Shown in pieces: positions 1 through 11,300 of a stretch of 64,000 nt of DNA; the stretch's first letter is position 1, and the number at the start of each line of letters is the position of its first letter. Location of the stretch: positions 32,001 to 96,000 of the forward strand of contig JAKFBS010000002.1 in the NCBI GenBank assembly GCA_036677065.1, written 5' to 3'. The position numbers were made by a program, and so were the translations under genes. The notes under the pieces are model-generated. The model made no database searches. It was not told where the DNA came from and saw only the letters and a program-made list of their open reading frames with translations. The DNA comes from Bdellovibrio sp. Its GTDB lineage: Bacteria; Bdellovibrionota; Bdellovibrionia; Bdellovibrionales; Bdellovibrionaceae.

Positions 1-624
1 CGTTATGCGGTTGATTTAAACCGTATTCCGCAAGACATTGATTGTGATTCAGTCATTGGTTGTGAAAACAAATCTGGTTCGAATAGCCGCGGTTTTCACT
101 GGGTTGTTACAACTTTGAACACTCCTTTAATGCAAAGCCCCATTTCTAAAGAGCTGCACAATAAACTGACTGACCTGATTTATACCCCTTTTCATGATGG
201 CGTAAAAAAACTTTATGCAGACTATATGAAGAAGGGTTTTCAGCATGTTTTTCACTTGGATGCCCACTCGATGCCCTCTTTGGGAACAAATCAGCACAAA
301 GACCCAGGTCAATATCGTGCTGATATTGTAATCAGCGATAATCTGGGTGTGAGTTGTGATTCTCGCTATAAAGACTTAGTCATTGAAGCGTACAAAGCCG
401 TCGGCTTTTCGATCAGTTACAATTGGCCCTACATGGGTGGCCGTGTAACTCAGGAATACGGTAAGCCCGAGATCGGTCAGCAGGCTTTGCAGGTTGAGTT
501 GAACCGCGCTTTGTACATGGATGAAGTGACCAAAAAAATAAAACCAGATTATGTTGTGGTTCAAGAGCAAGTATTCAAGGCACTTGAACACATAAAAAGA
601 GAACTTCCCAATTTGAAAATCTAA
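1..624 (+). CDS. N-formylglutamate amidohydrolase family protein, 5'-truncated by the window edge
   Basis: Frame is open from base 1 (RYAVDLNR...). Family motifs HLDAHSMPS, ADIVI, NWPYMGG and ALQVELNRALYMDE are present. Confidence 0.85.
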   Translation, partial: RYAVDLNRIPQDIDCDSVIGCENKSGSNSRGFHWVVTTLNTPLMQSPISKELHNKLTDLIYTPFHDGVKKLYADYMKKGFQHVFHLDAHSMPSLGTNQHKDPGQYRADIVISDNLGVSCDSRYKDLVIEAYKAVGFSISYNWPYMGGRVTQEYGKPEIGQQALQVELNRALYMDEVTKKIKPDYVVVQEQVFKALEHIKRELPNLKI

Positions 625-662
625 GAGTACTTTTTTAAGCATGCTGAAAGCGAGTCTTAAAA

Positions 663-2069
663 GTGCGATTTAAAAATCCAATGGTGCAGAAATTCTGGAG
701 ATTTTCTACATCATTTCAATTAGGTATTCCTATCCTTGTGTCGTTAACGGTGCTTATCACTGCGGGCACTATTGTTGAATCAAAGTATGATGCTTTTGCC
801 GCGCAAAAGTTAGTTTATCATAGCTGGTTGATGTACATCACCATGGGCTTATTGGTTTATAACTTAACAATTGTGATGGTCGATCGTATGCCATGGAAGC
901 AGCGACATGCACCTTTTATATTTGTTCATATCGGAATTATTTTATTAATTGTCGGTGGATTTGTAACGCAGAGAATAGGCCTTGATGGGTCGATGCATTT
1001 GCCAATCAACGGTAAAAATAATTATGTGCAAGTCTCGCAGACTGATTTAGTGGTCTATGCCACGTTCGACGGTGATCGCTACACGAAAGTGTACGAAAAC
1101 GAAGTGGATTTTTTCTTGAATCCACCGACTGAAGAAAAACCTTTTGTAGTTAATCTTGGCGATAATAAAATCATTATTAAAAAATACTTAAAATATGCAC
1201 GTGTTAGTAAAAAGCTAAAAAAATCGACTGACGTGAATGTCGGTTCGTCAGTTAAATTTCAATTGCAAAATGCAAACGTGCAGCAAGTTGAAACTTTAAC
1301 TCAAACTGCTAAAACGAAAACCGCTGATGTTAATTTTGGGCCACTTAAGGTGGTCTTAGGTCACGACGCAAAAGCAAACGGCCGTAAAGATCGTTCAACG
1401 AATGAAATTTATTTTAATGCTAAAAACGAAACTGAACTTTCTTACGAGCTTTATCGTAAAGAAGAAATGAAATCGTTTAAATCAGGCACAGTTAAAATCG
1501 GTGAAATGATTACGACGGGCTGGATGGGATTAGAACTTCGTTTGTTAGACTATCTTCCGCAAGCGACTGAAGAATGGGATGCGACTGAAGTTGCGTACCC
1601 AACGCCGCTAACAAGCCCTGCCTTATTGATTCAATTCGGCGATCGTACGCAGTGGTCACTGTTAAATGATGTAGTTAAACTTTTTGGCGAAAGTGAAGCT
1701 TATCTTATTAGTTATCAAAATCGCCGTATTGACCTAGGGTTTCCGGTTTATTTAAAGAAATTCACGATGACTCATTACGAAGGCACGCAAAAAGCTAAAA
1801 CGTATTCAAGTGATATTGAAATTGTTCCAGCTGATGGCACAACACCTGTTTCTGGCTTGATTGAAATGAATGAGCCAATGAAGTTTGCTGGCTACACTTT
1901 TTATCAAGCCAGCTTTAATCAAGACGAAAAAACAGGCGAGCCCACGGCTTCGGTTCTTTCGGTAAACCTTGATCCAGGTCGTTGGATTAAATATTTAGGT
2001 TCTTTAGTTTTAACAATAGGTATTGTTTGGCTATTCGTGCAAACGCGCAGAAGAAAGACAGCACAATGA
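663..2069 (+). CDS. resB: Cytochrome c biogenesis protein, ResB/CcsB family (System II)
   Basis: Three N-terminal TM segments with the conserved His (FIFVHIGII), a large periplasmic domain, IEMNEP..FAGYTFYQAS, and DPG before the C-terminal TM. Adjacent to ccsA. Confidence 0.85.
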   Translation: MRFKNPMVQKFWRFSTSFQLGIPILVSLTVLITAGTIVESKYDAFAAQKLVYHSWLMYITMGLLVYNLTIVMVDRMPWKQRHAPFIFVHIGIILLIVGGFVTQRIGLDGSMHLPINGKNNYVQVSQTDLVVYATFDGDRYTKVYENEVDFFLNPPTEEKPFVVNLGDNKIIIKKYLKYARVSKKLKKSTDVNVGSSVKFQLQNANVQQVETLTQTAKTKTADVNFGPLKVVLGHDAKANGRKDRSTNEIYFNAKNETELSYELYRKEEMKSFKSGTVKIGEMITTGWMGLELRLLDYLPQATEEWDATEVAYPTPLTSPALLIQFGDRTQWSLLNDVVKLFGESEAYLISYQNRRIDLGFPVYLKKFTMTHYEGTQKAKTYSSDIEIVPADGTTPVSGLIEMNEPMKFAGYTFYQASFNQDEKTGEPTASVLSVNLDPGRWIKYLGSLVLTIGIVWLFVQTRRRKTAQ

Positions 2070-3721
2070 TTCGTTTTTTATCCACAGCATTTTTAATTTT
2101 ACAGGTTTCATTATTTACAAATATCGCCCAAGCGGCTCCAAAACTGGGTGAAGCTATCAGGTATTTACCAGTGCAAGATGGTGGTCGCATTAAACCTTAC
2201 GACACTTTTGCAAAAGAAGTTTTAGAAGTTGTCTATGGTAAAAGTAAATACAAAACTGAAGCTGGCGAAACAGCTCCTGCGTATTTGATTGTGTTAACTT
2301 GGATGTTGTCTCCGGATAGCTGGACAAATCGCCCACTTTTTGAAGTAAATCATTTTGATGTGAAAAACAAACTTGGTCTTCCGAAAGAGCAAAAATACTT
2401 TTCTAGTAATGAGCTTTTTACCACTGATAAATTTCAAAATTTAATGCAAGAATTGGCCGACAAACGTCAAAGCCAGGAAAAATTAACTCCTTATTTTCAG
2501 GCGTTACAGCGTCTGCAAAACCAAATGATGTACTTTCGTGAGCTTGCGGCAGGTAGATTATTAAGAATTATGCCTAACGCTGAATCTGAGACTTGGTTGT
2601 CGGTGGCAGAGCTGCCAGAGGCGCAACAAGGTTTATTTATTGGTATCAGTCAAAGTGTTGCGGCTTACTTAGGTGCTTTGGCAGAACATCAAGATGTCGA
2701 AGGTGCAAAAGCCACTTTGGATGGAGCTGTTATCGCTTTTCAAAAAAGTATCGAACAGGTGGTTCCGCTGAAATATGCGGAAGCTCATAAGGTTGATACC
2801 GAAGTTTTTTATAATGATCTGCATCCGTTTCGTTGGACATATATCTTATATATTCTAGCGGCTTTGATTTTGTTATTTATTTGGATCAGAGACTTGCAAT
2901 CTGGAATGGCTCTTGTTTGGTCGGTAACTTTTTTAGGTTTTTTCATTCACATTTTGGGATTTGCATTCAGAGTTTATTTAGCTGAAAGACCACCCGTGAC
3001 GAATATGTATGAAACGGTTGTCTGGGTTTCATGGGGAATCATGGTCTTCTCAATGACATTAGAGAAAATCTATAAGTACCGCATCTTTTTATTAGCGGGT
3101 TTACTTATGGGGTTTGTGTGTATGGTTATCGCTGACACAGCTCCGGCAGTTTTAGATCCTAGCATTCAGCCGTTAGAGGCAGTACTTCGCAGCAGTTACT
3201 GGCTGATCGTTCACGTAATGACTATCACAATCAGTTACGCAGCTTTTGCTTTAGCGTTCGCATTGGGTGATATCGGGCTTATTTATTATGCGATTGATAA
3301 AGAAAAGCATAAAGAAAAAATTCAGCACATCACTACCGGTGTTTATCGTTCGATGCAAATCGGAGTGGCATTTTTAGCGCCGGGGATTATCTTGGGTGGT
3401 ATTTGGGCAGATGCCTCTTGGGGTAGATTCTGGGGTTGGGATCCGAAAGAGACTTGGGCCTTGATTGCACTTTTAGGTTACATAATAATTCTGCATGCTC
3501 GTTTAGTGAACTGGATTCAAAATTTTGGAACGCTAGTTGCCGGCATTTTAACTTTCATGCTTGTGATCATGGCTTGGTACGGAGTTAATTTTGTGCTTGG
3601 AGCGGGGCTTCACTCATACGGATTCGGCGCCGGTGGTGTTGAGTACGTTTCAATTTTTGTACTTTTACACTTCATTTTTGTTGGTTACGTAGCAAGCGTA
3701 AAAAAACTTTCTAAGGTTTAG
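2066..3721 (+). CDS. ccsA: Cytochrome c biogenesis protein CcsA/ResC with an N-terminal periplasmic domain
   Basis: WWD motif (WADASWGRFWGWDPKETW), PVTNMYE and GLHSYG. ATG at 2066 overlaps the resB stop (ATGA) and is followed by a signal-like sequence. Confidence 0.9.
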   Translation: MIRFLSTAFLILQVSLFTNIAQAAPKLGEAIRYLPVQDGGRIKPYDTFAKEVLEVVYGKSKYKTEAGETAPAYLIVLTWMLSPDSWTNRPLFEVNHFDVKNKLGLPKEQKYFSSNELFTTDKFQNLMQELADKRQSQEKLTPYFQALQRLQNQMMYFRELAAGRLLRIMPNAESETWLSVAELPEAQQGLFIGISQSVAAYLGALAEHQDVEGAKATLDGAVIAFQKSIEQVVPLKYAEAHKVDTEVFYNDLHPFRWTYILYILAALILLFIWIRDLQSGMALVWSVTFLGFFIHILGFAFRVYLAERPPVTNMYETVVWVSWGIMVFSMTLEKIYKYRIFLLAGLLMGFVCMVIADTAPAVLDPSIQPLEAVLRSSYWLIVHVMTITISYAAFALAFALGDIGLIYYAIDKEKHKEKIQHITTGVYRSMQIGVAFLAPGIILGGIWADASWGRFWGWDPKETWALIALLGYIIILHARLVNWIQNFGTLVAGILTFMLVIMAWYGVNFVLGAGLHSYGFGAGGVEYVSIFVLLHFIFVGYVASVKKLSKV

Positions 3722-3738
3722 TGCGCGCATCCCTACAC

Positions 3739-3776
3739 TTGCGTGCTTTACTCTTAAGCACGCAACTTCTTGTTTT
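3739..3776 (+). terminator. Probable intrinsic terminator after ccsA
   Basis: 10-bp stem TTGCGTGCTT/AAGCACGCAA followed by CTTCTTGTTTT. Confidence 0.55.
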
Positions 3777-3860
3777 CACTCGGAGATTTTCATTTGATGA
3801 TCAAAATCCCTCGTGACATTTGCCCCGCATTGCATTTTAATTAACAGCATAAGAAGGGCA

Positions 3861-4451
3861 ATGATTATGCTTACTAAATTTTGCAGCACTGTATGCGCGG
3901 CTATAGGTTTGTCGCTTACGGTATTTTTTCTTTCTGGTTGTTTGTTTCAAAATCCTGATGGCGGTGAACGCGTGGGGATTGGCTACAACAAAGGTTATGC
4001 GCCTGAACAGCCGATCGCGTTCAGCCACGAACTTCACGTTGGTACGCACAAGATTCAGTGTCAGTACTGCCACAACCAAGTTGAACGTTCGAAATCTTCG
4101 AACATTCCATCATTAGCAACTTGTATGAACTGCCACCAACAGGTTGCGGGTAAACCAGGACAGGAAACAGTTCCAGGGCATAAAGATTCGGATGAAATTA
4201 AAAAACTTCGTGATGCCTTCTCTGATGGAAAATCAATTGAATGGGTTCGCGTGCACATGCTTCCTGATCATGTGTCGTTCAATCACCAAGCGCATGTTGG
4301 TAAAGGCGTAAGCTGTCAAACTTGCCATGGCGAAATTGAAAAAATGGCTAAAGTATTTCAGCACTCTGATTTGTCCATGGGCTGGTGTGTGAACTGTCAC
4401 CGTCAACCAGAAAACAAAGCTCCACTTAACTGTACAACGTGTCACCAATAA
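3861..4451 (+). CDS. actA: Alternative complex III pentaheme cytochrome c subunit ActA
   Basis: Five CXXCH motifs (CQYCH, CMNCH, CQTCH, CVNCH, CTTCH), plus QPIAFSHELH and LSMGWC. Start chosen at ATG 3861 after AGAAGGG. Confidence 0.9.
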   Translation: MIMLTKFCSTVCAAIGLSLTVFFLSGCLFQNPDGGERVGIGYNKGYAPEQPIAFSHELHVGTHKIQCQYCHNQVERSKSSNIPSLATCMNCHQQVAGKPGQETVPGHKDSDEIKKLRDAFSDGKSIEWVRVHMLPDHVSFNHQAHVGKGVSCQTCHGEIEKMAKVFQHSDLSMGWCVNCHRQPENKAPLNCTTCHQ

Positions 4452-4467
4452 TCGAAGCGGGTTTGTG

Positions 4468-7400
4468 ATGTCTAATACTGAAAATAAAATTCAATCTGAT
4501 AATGAAAATAGAAAAATTGAAAGAGACTCTACATACTGGAGATCTTTCGAAGAGCTAAACAACACTCCTGAGTTTCAAAAGTCTTTACAGACTGAATTCA
4601 TGTCTTCGCCTTTACGTGAAGAATCTAAAGATGAAGGATCTGAAACAGACGGTGTTGCTCGTCGTGATTTCTTGAAATTGATGGGAGCATCAATTGCCTT
4701 AACTTCGGCTGCAGGTTGCATCCGTCGTCCGGTGCAGAAAATTGTTCCTTATAATAAACAACCTGAAGAAGTTACCGTTGGTGTTTCTAACTGGTACACG
4801 TCATCTTACTTTGATGGCCAAGAAGGTTTAGGTTTATTAGTTAAATCACGCGAAGGTCGTCCGGTTCACATTTCGGGAAATCCAAAATTTCCTCTAAATG
4901 GAAATGGCGCTTCAGTTAAAGCTCAGGCTTCATTGCTTGGTCTATACGAACCAAACCGTTTACAAAAACCTTTCAGAAATTTATTTAATGAAAAACGCAC
5001 AAACAAAGAAACTGTTGGTGTGTCGTGGGAAGAGTTAGACACTAAAGTTGTTGAGTCTCTTCAAAAAGGTGGCGTTGCCATTTTATCTGGAAACATTTCT
5101 TCTCCATCGACAAAAGCTGTGATCGGAGATTTTAAAGCTGGTTTTAATGCTGATCACTACGTGTGGGAGCCTTTGGCTGATGACGTTGTTGAAGCTCAAG
5201 CTTCTTCATACGGCGAAGCAGTTATGCCAGGTTTCAGATACGACAAAGCTCAAATGATTGTTTCAATCGATGCGGACTTTCTAGGTACTTGGGGTCCGAC
5301 AATGACAAACAACAAACGTTTTGCTGACGGTCGTAGAAATATCGACAAGATGTCACGTTTAGTTTCGTTTGATTCAACATATTCTTTAACTGGTGCGAAT
5401 GCAGATATCCGTTTCAGAATTAAACCATCACAACAATTTGATGTTGTAATGGGCTTAATCTCTGAAATCGTTGGAAAAGTTTCTGTGTCTGATGCTGTTA
5501 AAACTGCAGTAGCTCCGTATAACGGAATCGCTGATAAACTTGGAATTTCTGCTGAAGCTTTCAAAAAAGTAGCTGCTGATTTAGTTAAAAACCAAGGCGA
5601 ATCAATCGTTGTCGCTGGTGGTATCCAAACTAAAACTAAAGATTCAATGGCATTACAAGTTGCTGTGAATTATTTAAATTCTATTTTAGGTAATGACGGT
5701 AAAACTGTAGTAGCGGGTGCGGGTAATAAAAATTTAACTGCTTCGTTTGCACAAATTAAAAATTTAATCGCAAAAATGAATGCTGGAGATGTGAAAACTC
5801 TTATCATCTACAGATCTAATCCGTTCTACAGCTTAAGTGCTGATCTTGGATTTGCTGAAGCTCTTAAAAAAGTGCCTACAGTTGTTTATTCAAATGATAA
5901 AATGGATGAAACAGCAGTTAACGCTCACTATGTGGCGACAGATAATCACGCTTTAGAAACTTGGGGTGATTCTGAATTCGCAACTGGCGTCTATGGCATT
6001 CACCAGCCACTTATCCGCACGATGTATGACACAAGATCATTTCAGTTATCTTTAATGACTTGGGCATACATGGCCAAAGTTGGTCCTAAGCGTATTCAAG
6101 AATTTGAAACTTATTACGATTATGTTCGTAATTTGTGGAAAACAGAAATGGCCGCAAAAGTTGCCGGCGGAAAAGATTTCGAATCTTTCTGGAATGGGTT
6201 TTTACAAGAAGGTTTTGTTGGCGAATTAGCAACAACAGGATCTGCACGTACTTTCAAAGGTGATGTTTCATCTCTTAAAAAATCTCAAAGCAGCGATGCC
6301 ACTTTTGAATTAGCTTTATACCCAACAGTAAATATCGGTGATGGTACTTTAGCTAACATCGGTTGGTTACAAGAGTTACCAGATGTAGTAACGAAAATCG
6401 TTTGGGATAACTACGCCTGTGTTTCAATTAAAACTGCTGAAGCAAATAAACTTCGCGAAGGCGATGTGATTGAATTAACAGTTGGTGGTAATAAATTATC
6501 TTTACCGACTCACATTCAACCAGGTTTACATGACCAAGTTGTAGCTGTAGCTGTTGGTTACGGACGCACACACGCAGGCGATGTCGCTAAAGGTATCGGT
6601 CAAAATGCATTTACACTGGCTCAAGGCGGGTTGTATGCAGGTTTACCGGTTGAATTTAAAAAGACCGGTCAAAAAATTGAATTAGTTACGACTCAAGGTC
6701 ACGATTCAATGGAAGGCCGTCAAATCGTTGTCACTGCAACTAATAAAGATATCCAAAAATCTAAAGACGCAAATATTCACAGACACCACACATGGAATAT
6801 CTGGTCAGGTCACCAATACAACGGGCACAAATGGGGTATGGCGATCGATCTCAACACTTGCACAGGTTGTTCGGCATGTATGACTGCCTGCCAATCAGAA
6901 AACAACACAGCTGTTGTTGGTAAGAAATATGTTATGCAAGGTCGCGAAATGCACTGGATCCGTATCGACAGATACTACACGGGTGATGTTGAAAATGCGT
7001 CAGCCGTATTCCAGCCATTAATGTGCCAACACTGTGACAATGCTCCGTGTGAAACGGTTTGTCCGGTAGTTGCAACGGTGCATAGCTCAGAAGGTTTAAA
7101 TGAACAGATTTACAACCGCTGCGTTGGTACACGCTATTGTTCAAATAACTGTCCGTACAAAGTTCGTCGTTTTAACTGGTTTAACTACGCTAAATTAATC
7201 GAAAAGCCGATGCACATGGCTCTTAATCCTGAAGTTTTAGTTCGTGCACGCGGGGTTATGGAGAAATGTACTTTCTGCGTTCAACGTATTAAAGAAGGTA
7301 AAAACAAAGCCAAAATCGAAGAGCGTCCATTAAAAGATGGTGATATCAAAACGGCGTGTGAGGCAGCTTGTCCGACGCAAACTATCGTATTCGGTGATTT

Positions 7401-7557
7401 AAATGATGAAAATTCACGCGTAGCTAAAGTTTTTAAAGCTGAACCACGTGCGTATGAATTACTAGAAGAATGGTATGCAAAACCTTCGGTTCGCTACCAA
7501 ACGAAAATTAAAAATAATGATCAAGTAACTCCTAAGAAAGGAGGCGGCCATGCTTAA
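4468..7557 (+). CDS. actB: Alternative complex III subunit ActB (molybdopterin-oxidoreductase-like domain plus Fe-S domain)
   Basis: YWRS and TAT motif RRDFLKLMG followed by AAGC. C-terminal ferredoxin motifs [38 protein letters not shown] and KCTFC. Confidence 0.92.
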   Translation: MSNTENKIQSDNENRKIERDSTYWRSFEELNNTPEFQKSLQTEFMSSPLREESKDEGSETDGVARRDFLKLMGASIALTSAAGCIRRPVQKIVPYNKQPEEVTVGVSNWYTSSYFDGQEGLGLLVKSREGRPVHISGNPKFPLNGNGASVKAQASLLGLYEPNRLQKPFRNLFNEKRTNKETVGVSWEELDTKVVESLQKGGVAILSGNISSPSTKAVIGDFKAGFNADHYVWEPLADDVVEAQASSYGEAVMPGFRYDKAQMIVSIDADFLGTWGPTMTNNKRFADGRRNIDKMSRLVSFDSTYSLTGANADIRFRIKPSQQFDVVMGLISEIVGKVSVSDAVKTAVAPYNGIADKLGISAEAFKKVAADLVKNQGESIVVAGGIQTKTKDSMALQVAVNYLNSILGNDGKTVVAGAGNKNLTASFAQIKNLIAKMNAGDVKTLIIYRSNPFYSLSADLGFAEALKKVPTVVYSNDKMDETAVNAHYVATDNHALETWGDSEFATGVYGIHQPLIRTMYDTRSFQLSLMTWAYMAKVGPKRIQEFETYYDYVRNLWKTEMAAKVAGGKDFESFWNGFLQEGFVGELATTGSARTFKGDVSSLKKSQSSDATFELALYPTVNIGDGTLANIGWLQELPDVVTKIVWDNYACVSIKTAEANKLREGDVIELTVGGNKLSLPTHIQPGLHDQVVAVAVGYGRTHAGDVAKGIGQNAFTLAQGGLYAGLPVEFKKTGQKIELVTTQGHDSMEGRQIVVTATNKDIQKSKDANIHRHHTWNIWSGHQYNGHKWGMAIDLNTCTGCSACMTACQSENNTAVVGKKYVMQGREMHWIRIDRYYTGDVENASAVFQPLMCQHCDNAPCETVCPVVATVHSSEGLNEQIYNRCVGTRYCSNNCPYKVRRFNWFNYAKLIEKPMHMALNPEVLVRARGVMEKCTFCVQRIKEGKNKAKIEERPLKDGDIKTACEAACPTQTIVFGDLNDENSRVAKVFKAEPRAYELLEEWYAKPSVRYQTKIKNNDQVTPKKGGGHA

Positions 7558-8917
7558 GCGTAATCCTCTTGTTTTAGGTAATAAAACTTTAAAAGATGTA
7601 TCTGATGATATCTGCGCTCCGATTGAACGTATTCCATCAAAAGAATGGATGGGTTTATTTTTAGGAGCTAAAGGTCTTTTCATATTTTACATCCTAACAA
7701 TCGCTATGGTTATCTCGACCGGTATCGGTTTATTAGGGGTGAATCACCCGGTTGCCTGGGGAACGATGATTATCACGTTCGTATTCTGGGTAGGTATCGG
7801 CCATGCGGGAACTCTAATTTCTGCGATTCTATTTTTATTCAGACAAAAATGGAGAACTTCAGTGGCTCGTTCTGCTGAGGCCATGACGGTATTTGCGGTT
7901 GCAACTGCCGGAATATTCCCATTAATTCATACGGGTCGTCCTTGGTTAGATTTCTGGTTATTTCCATACCCGAATCAACGTGGTCCACTATGGGTAAATT
8001 TCCGTTCTCCATTATTATGGGACGTTTTCGCGGTATCTACATACGCGACCGTGTCGTCTGTGTTTTGGATCGTGGGCATGATTCCAGATTTAGCAACTGT
8101 TCGTGACAGAGCTAAAAATGCCATCCGTAAAAAAATCTACGGCGCTTTATCTTTCGGTTGGAGAGGTACGGCAAAACAATGGTCACACTTTGAAATGATT
8201 TACTTAGTGTTAGCCGGTCTTTCGACGCCGCTAGTATTATCAGTACATACAATCGTATCGTTCGACTTCGCGGTTTCACAGCTTCCTGGTTGGCATACGA
8301 CGATCTTTCCTCCGTACTTCGTTGCGGGTGCGATTTTCTCGGGTTTCGCGATGGTTATTACGTTAATGACGTTAGTACGTATCGGTTTTCCAGAATTTAA
8401 AAACTACATCACGATCGATCATATGGAAGTGATGAATAAAATCATCATGATGACTGGTTTGATGGTTGGTTACGCTTACGGAGCCGAGTTCTTAATTGCT
8501 TGGTACTCGGGTAATGATTACGAAAGATACGTATTTATGAATCGGGCAATGGGTCCATACGCATGGTCATACTGGATCATGGTTTCTTGTAACGTATTAG
8601 TTCCGCAGCTTTTCTGGTTTAAAAAAATCCGTCGTTCAATTCCTATTATGTTTGTTGTTTCGATTTTCGTAAACATCGGTATGTGGTTTGAGCGTTTCGT
8701 AATTACGGTAACATCGCTTCACCGCGATTTCTTACCATCAAACTGGGGTCAGTACGCTTGGTCGATTTACGATACAGCGATCTTAGTTGGATCGTTCGGT
8801 ATGTTCTTCACGATTTTCTTATTATATTTACGCGTTTTACCTGCGATTTCGATCGCCGAAGTTAAACCGGTATTGAATGTCGGCAAAGAAGACGAACATC
8901 ATGGGAAAGGACACTAA
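7550..8917 (+). CDS. actC: Alternative complex III quinol-oxidising NrfD-type subunit ActC
   Basis: Polytopic membrane protein with [33 protein letters not shown] and WFERF. Confidence 0.92.
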   Translation: MLKRNPLVLGNKTLKDVSDDICAPIERIPSKEWMGLFLGAKGLFIFYILTIAMVISTGIGLLGVNHPVAWGTMIITFVFWVGIGHAGTLISAILFLFRQKWRTSVARSAEAMTVFAVATAGIFPLIHTGRPWLDFWLFPYPNQRGPLWVNFRSPLLWDVFAVSTYATVSSVFWIVGMIPDLATVRDRAKNAIRKKIYGALSFGWRGTAKQWSHFEMIYLVLAGLSTPLVLSVHTIVSFDFAVSQLPGWHTTIFPPYFVAGAIFSGFAMVITLMTLVRIGFPEFKNYITIDHMEVMNKIIMMTGLMVGYAYGAEFLIAWYSGNDYERYVFMNRAMGPYAWSYWIMVSCNVLVPQLFWFKKIRRSIPIMFVVSIFVNIGMWFERFVITVTSLHRDFLPSNWGQYAWSIYDTAILVGSFGMFFTIFLLYLRVLPAISIAEVKPVLNVGKEDEHHGKGH

Positions 8918-8919
8918 TC

Positions 8920-9447
8920 ATGGCTAAGAAAGCTATTGGCGGAATCGCCGGAATTTTTCTTGATGAAGCTACAACAGTCAATGCAGCAACTCGCGTGCGT
9001 GAAGCTGGATTTACAAAGTTTGATGCATTGTCACCATACCCAATCCATGCAATGGAAGCAGCCTGCGGAATTAAACGTTCACCAATCCCTTATGTAACTT
9101 TTGTTGCAGGTTGTGTGGGTTTATTGGCTGCCTTAGCATTAACTTATTATACGTCTGCAGTTGATTGGGCGATTAACGTTGGTGGTAAACCAATGTTTTC
9201 ATTACCAGCGTTTGTGCCAATTATGTTTGAATTAACAGTCTTGTTTGCAGCTTTAAGTTCAGTGGGTGCTTTCTTTTACCTTTGTGGTATACCAAGAATT
9301 GATCCCCCAATTATCGATAAAGATATCACTTGCCACAAGTTTGCGATTTTCATTCCTGAAAATGACGTAGGCTACAGCGCTGATCGCGCTGAAAAACTTT
9401 TAAAAGATTTAGGCGCTGTTGAAATCAAGAAAATGGCGGAGTACTAA
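8920..9447 (+). CDS. actD: Alternative complex III subunit ActD (DUF3341)
   Basis: SPYPIH, GGKPMFSLPAFVPIMFELTVL, two TM segments and operon position. Confidence 0.88.
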   Translation: MAKKAIGGIAGIFLDEATTVNAATRVREAGFTKFDALSPYPIHAMEAACGIKRSPIPYVTFVAGCVGLLAALALTYYTSAVDWAINVGGKPMFSLPAFVPIMFELTVLFAALSSVGAFFYLCGIPRIDPPIIDKDITCHKFAIFIPENDVGYSADRAEKLLKDLGAVEIKKMAEY

Positions 9448-9448
9448 G

Positions 9449-10015
9449 ATGAAAAGCTTAATTAATCTTTCTATGACATTAGTTGCGGCATCTCTTGCGG
9501 CAACAGTATTTTCTGGCTGCGGGCCTTCAGGCAATCAACCTAATGTAGAGCTAATTCAGGATATGATGGAGTCTCCGGCGATTAAAGCGCAAGAGTATGA
9601 CGAAGAATCTCCGAATAAAGCAGGTATGCGCGTTCCGCCGGAAGGCACTCAACCGCAAGGTTTTGTTCCGTATAAATATTCAGATGCAATTGCAGCAGCA
9701 GCTAATCAAAATCCTTTAGTTGGCCAATACTCTGAAGAAGTTTTAAAAACCGGAACTAAGTACTACACAATTCACTGTGCAGTTTGCCACGGTGCAAACG
9801 GTCAAGGCGGCGAACAAGCTTCTGTTGCTGAGACAATGGCTCTTAAGCCACCATCTTTAGTTTCTGATAAAGTTAAAGGTTGGACTGATGGTCAAATGTA
9901 TCACGTGATCACAGCAGGGCAGGGTTTGATGGGTCCTTATGCGGCTCACATTCCACAAAAATACAGATGGCAAGTTGTTAATTACATTCGCCACTTACAG
10001 GGTAAAGGGAACTAA
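9449..10015 (+). CDS. actE: Alternative complex III monoheme cytochrome c lipoprotein ActE
   Basis: Lipobox-like FSGC, DMMES, single CAVCH and GLMGPY. ATG at 9449 lies 1 nt after the actD stop. Confidence 0.88.
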   Translation: MKSLINLSMTLVAASLAATVFSGCGPSGNQPNVELIQDMMESPAIKAQEYDEESPNKAGMRVPPEGTQPQGFVPYKYSDAIAAAANQNPLVGQYSEEVLKTGTKYYTIHCAVCHGANGQGGEQASVAETMALKPPSLVSDKVKGWTDGQMYHVITAGQGLMGPYAAHIPQKYRWQVVNYIRHLQGKGN

Positions 10016-10017
10016 TC

Positions 10018-11214
10018 ATGGGTTCATCGAATCATTCACATGAATTAAAATTAAGTAAATTCGAAGCGCCGCAACAGTTAAAAACTGCAATTTTTGCAGC
10101 GATGTTTATCGGGTTATTAGGATTAGTTTACGGATTAATGAAGGCGCCAGACCGCTTATGGACTTCTTACTTAGTGGCTTTTTTCTTTTTTGCAAGTTTA
10201 GCCTTAGGTGGAATGTTTTTTACTGCATTTAACCATGCGGCTAAAGCAGGTTGGTCAGCTTCAATTCGTCGTATTGCAGAAAGTTTTTCAAGCTTTTTGC
10301 CAGCGATGTTAGTCGGAAGTTTTATCCTGATTTTAGGTTTTAAATATTTGTATCCATGGGCTGATCCTGCACAAGCGCACAGATTAACAGGTGGCAAAGC
10401 TTTATACTTAGCCCCATGGTTTGTGATTTTGCGCTTAGTGATTTTTGGCGTAGGTTGTTTAATTTTCAAAAAGTTAATGGTTGGAAATTCACTGAAGCAA
10501 GATATCAATGGCGACCACTCGTTAACTCATAAAAACGTAGGAATTTCGATTGGTTTCATCGCTTTCTTCGCTATTTTCTTTACGTTATTTACAATTGATT
10601 TATTGATGTCGTTATTGCCAAGCTGGTATTCAACGATTTTTGGAATCTACTTATTGGGAGCTATGCTGCAATCAACAATGGCAGCCTTAATTCTAATGAT
10701 CATCTGGTTACGTACTTCAAAATGGATGTCTGGTTACATCACAGAAGAGCATCAGCATGATGTGGGTAAGTTTATGAAAGGCTTCACTGTTTTTTGGGCT
10801 TACATCGCATTTTCTCAGTTTATGTTAATTTGGTACGCTAACATTCCAGAAGAGACTGAATTCTACTTAATGCGTTCGCACAGTGGCTGGTTAGGTATTA
10901 CAGTATCTTTATTAATCTTTAGATTTGCTGTGCCTTTCTTAGCTTTATTACCTCGTGATGCTAAACGTAATAACTTTAACGTAGCTACTGTGGCTGTGTT
11001 GGTTTTAGTTATGCAATACGTGGATATTTACTGGTTAGTTTACCCGAATTTCTTCGATGGAGTGCCGCAGTTTGGGTTTCTTGAGATCAGCGTGTTCATT
11101 GGATTTGCTGGTGTATTCATGAAGTTAATGACTGGTTTTATGACTAAGAATAATCTTGTAGCGATTAAAGATCCTCGTATGCATGAGGCGCTTAATCATC
11201 ACGTGACTTACTAA
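10018..11214 (+). CDS. actF: Alternative complex III membrane subunit ActF
   Basis: About 10 TM segments with WYSTIFG, HDVGK and SQFMLIWYANIPEET. Confidence 0.88.
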   Translation: MGSSNHSHELKLSKFEAPQQLKTAIFAAMFIGLLGLVYGLMKAPDRLWTSYLVAFFFFASLALGGMFFTAFNHAAKAGWSASIRRIAESFSSFLPAMLVGSFILILGFKYLYPWADPAQAHRLTGGKALYLAPWFVILRLVIFGVGCLIFKKLMVGNSLKQDINGDHSLTHKNVGISIGFIAFFAIFFTLFTIDLLMSLLPSWYSTIFGIYLLGAMLQSTMAALILMIIWLRTSKWMSGYITEEHQHDVGKFMKGFTVFWAYIAFSQFMLIWYANIPEETEFYLMRSHSGWLGITVSLLIFRFAVPFLALLPRDAKRNNFNVATVAVLVLVMQYVDIYWLVYPNFFDGVPQFGFLEISVFIGFAGVFMKLMTGFMTKNNLVAIKDPRMHEALNHHVTY

Positions 11215-11262
11215 AAGGTAGGGCACGCAGCCCGCGCCGTCCCTTTTTGGGGAGCGCCGCGC

Positions 11263-11300
11263 AAAAACCCACATCTTTTAACTGAGATGTGGGTTTTTTT
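11263..11300 (+). terminator. Intrinsic terminator of the act operon
   Basis: AAAAACCCACATCT / AGATGTGGGTTTTTTT inverted repeat with a U-tract. Confidence 0.85.

Noticed and set aside
3793..3805. FNR-like site TTTGATGATCAAA upstream of actA
   Set aside because: The half-sites are 1 nt apart instead of the required 4 (TTGAT-N4-ATCAA).
4468..7557. ActB as a catalytic molybdoenzyme
   Set aside because: The actA-F context identifies it as ACIII ActB, whose molybdopterin-like domain is known to lack the cofactor.
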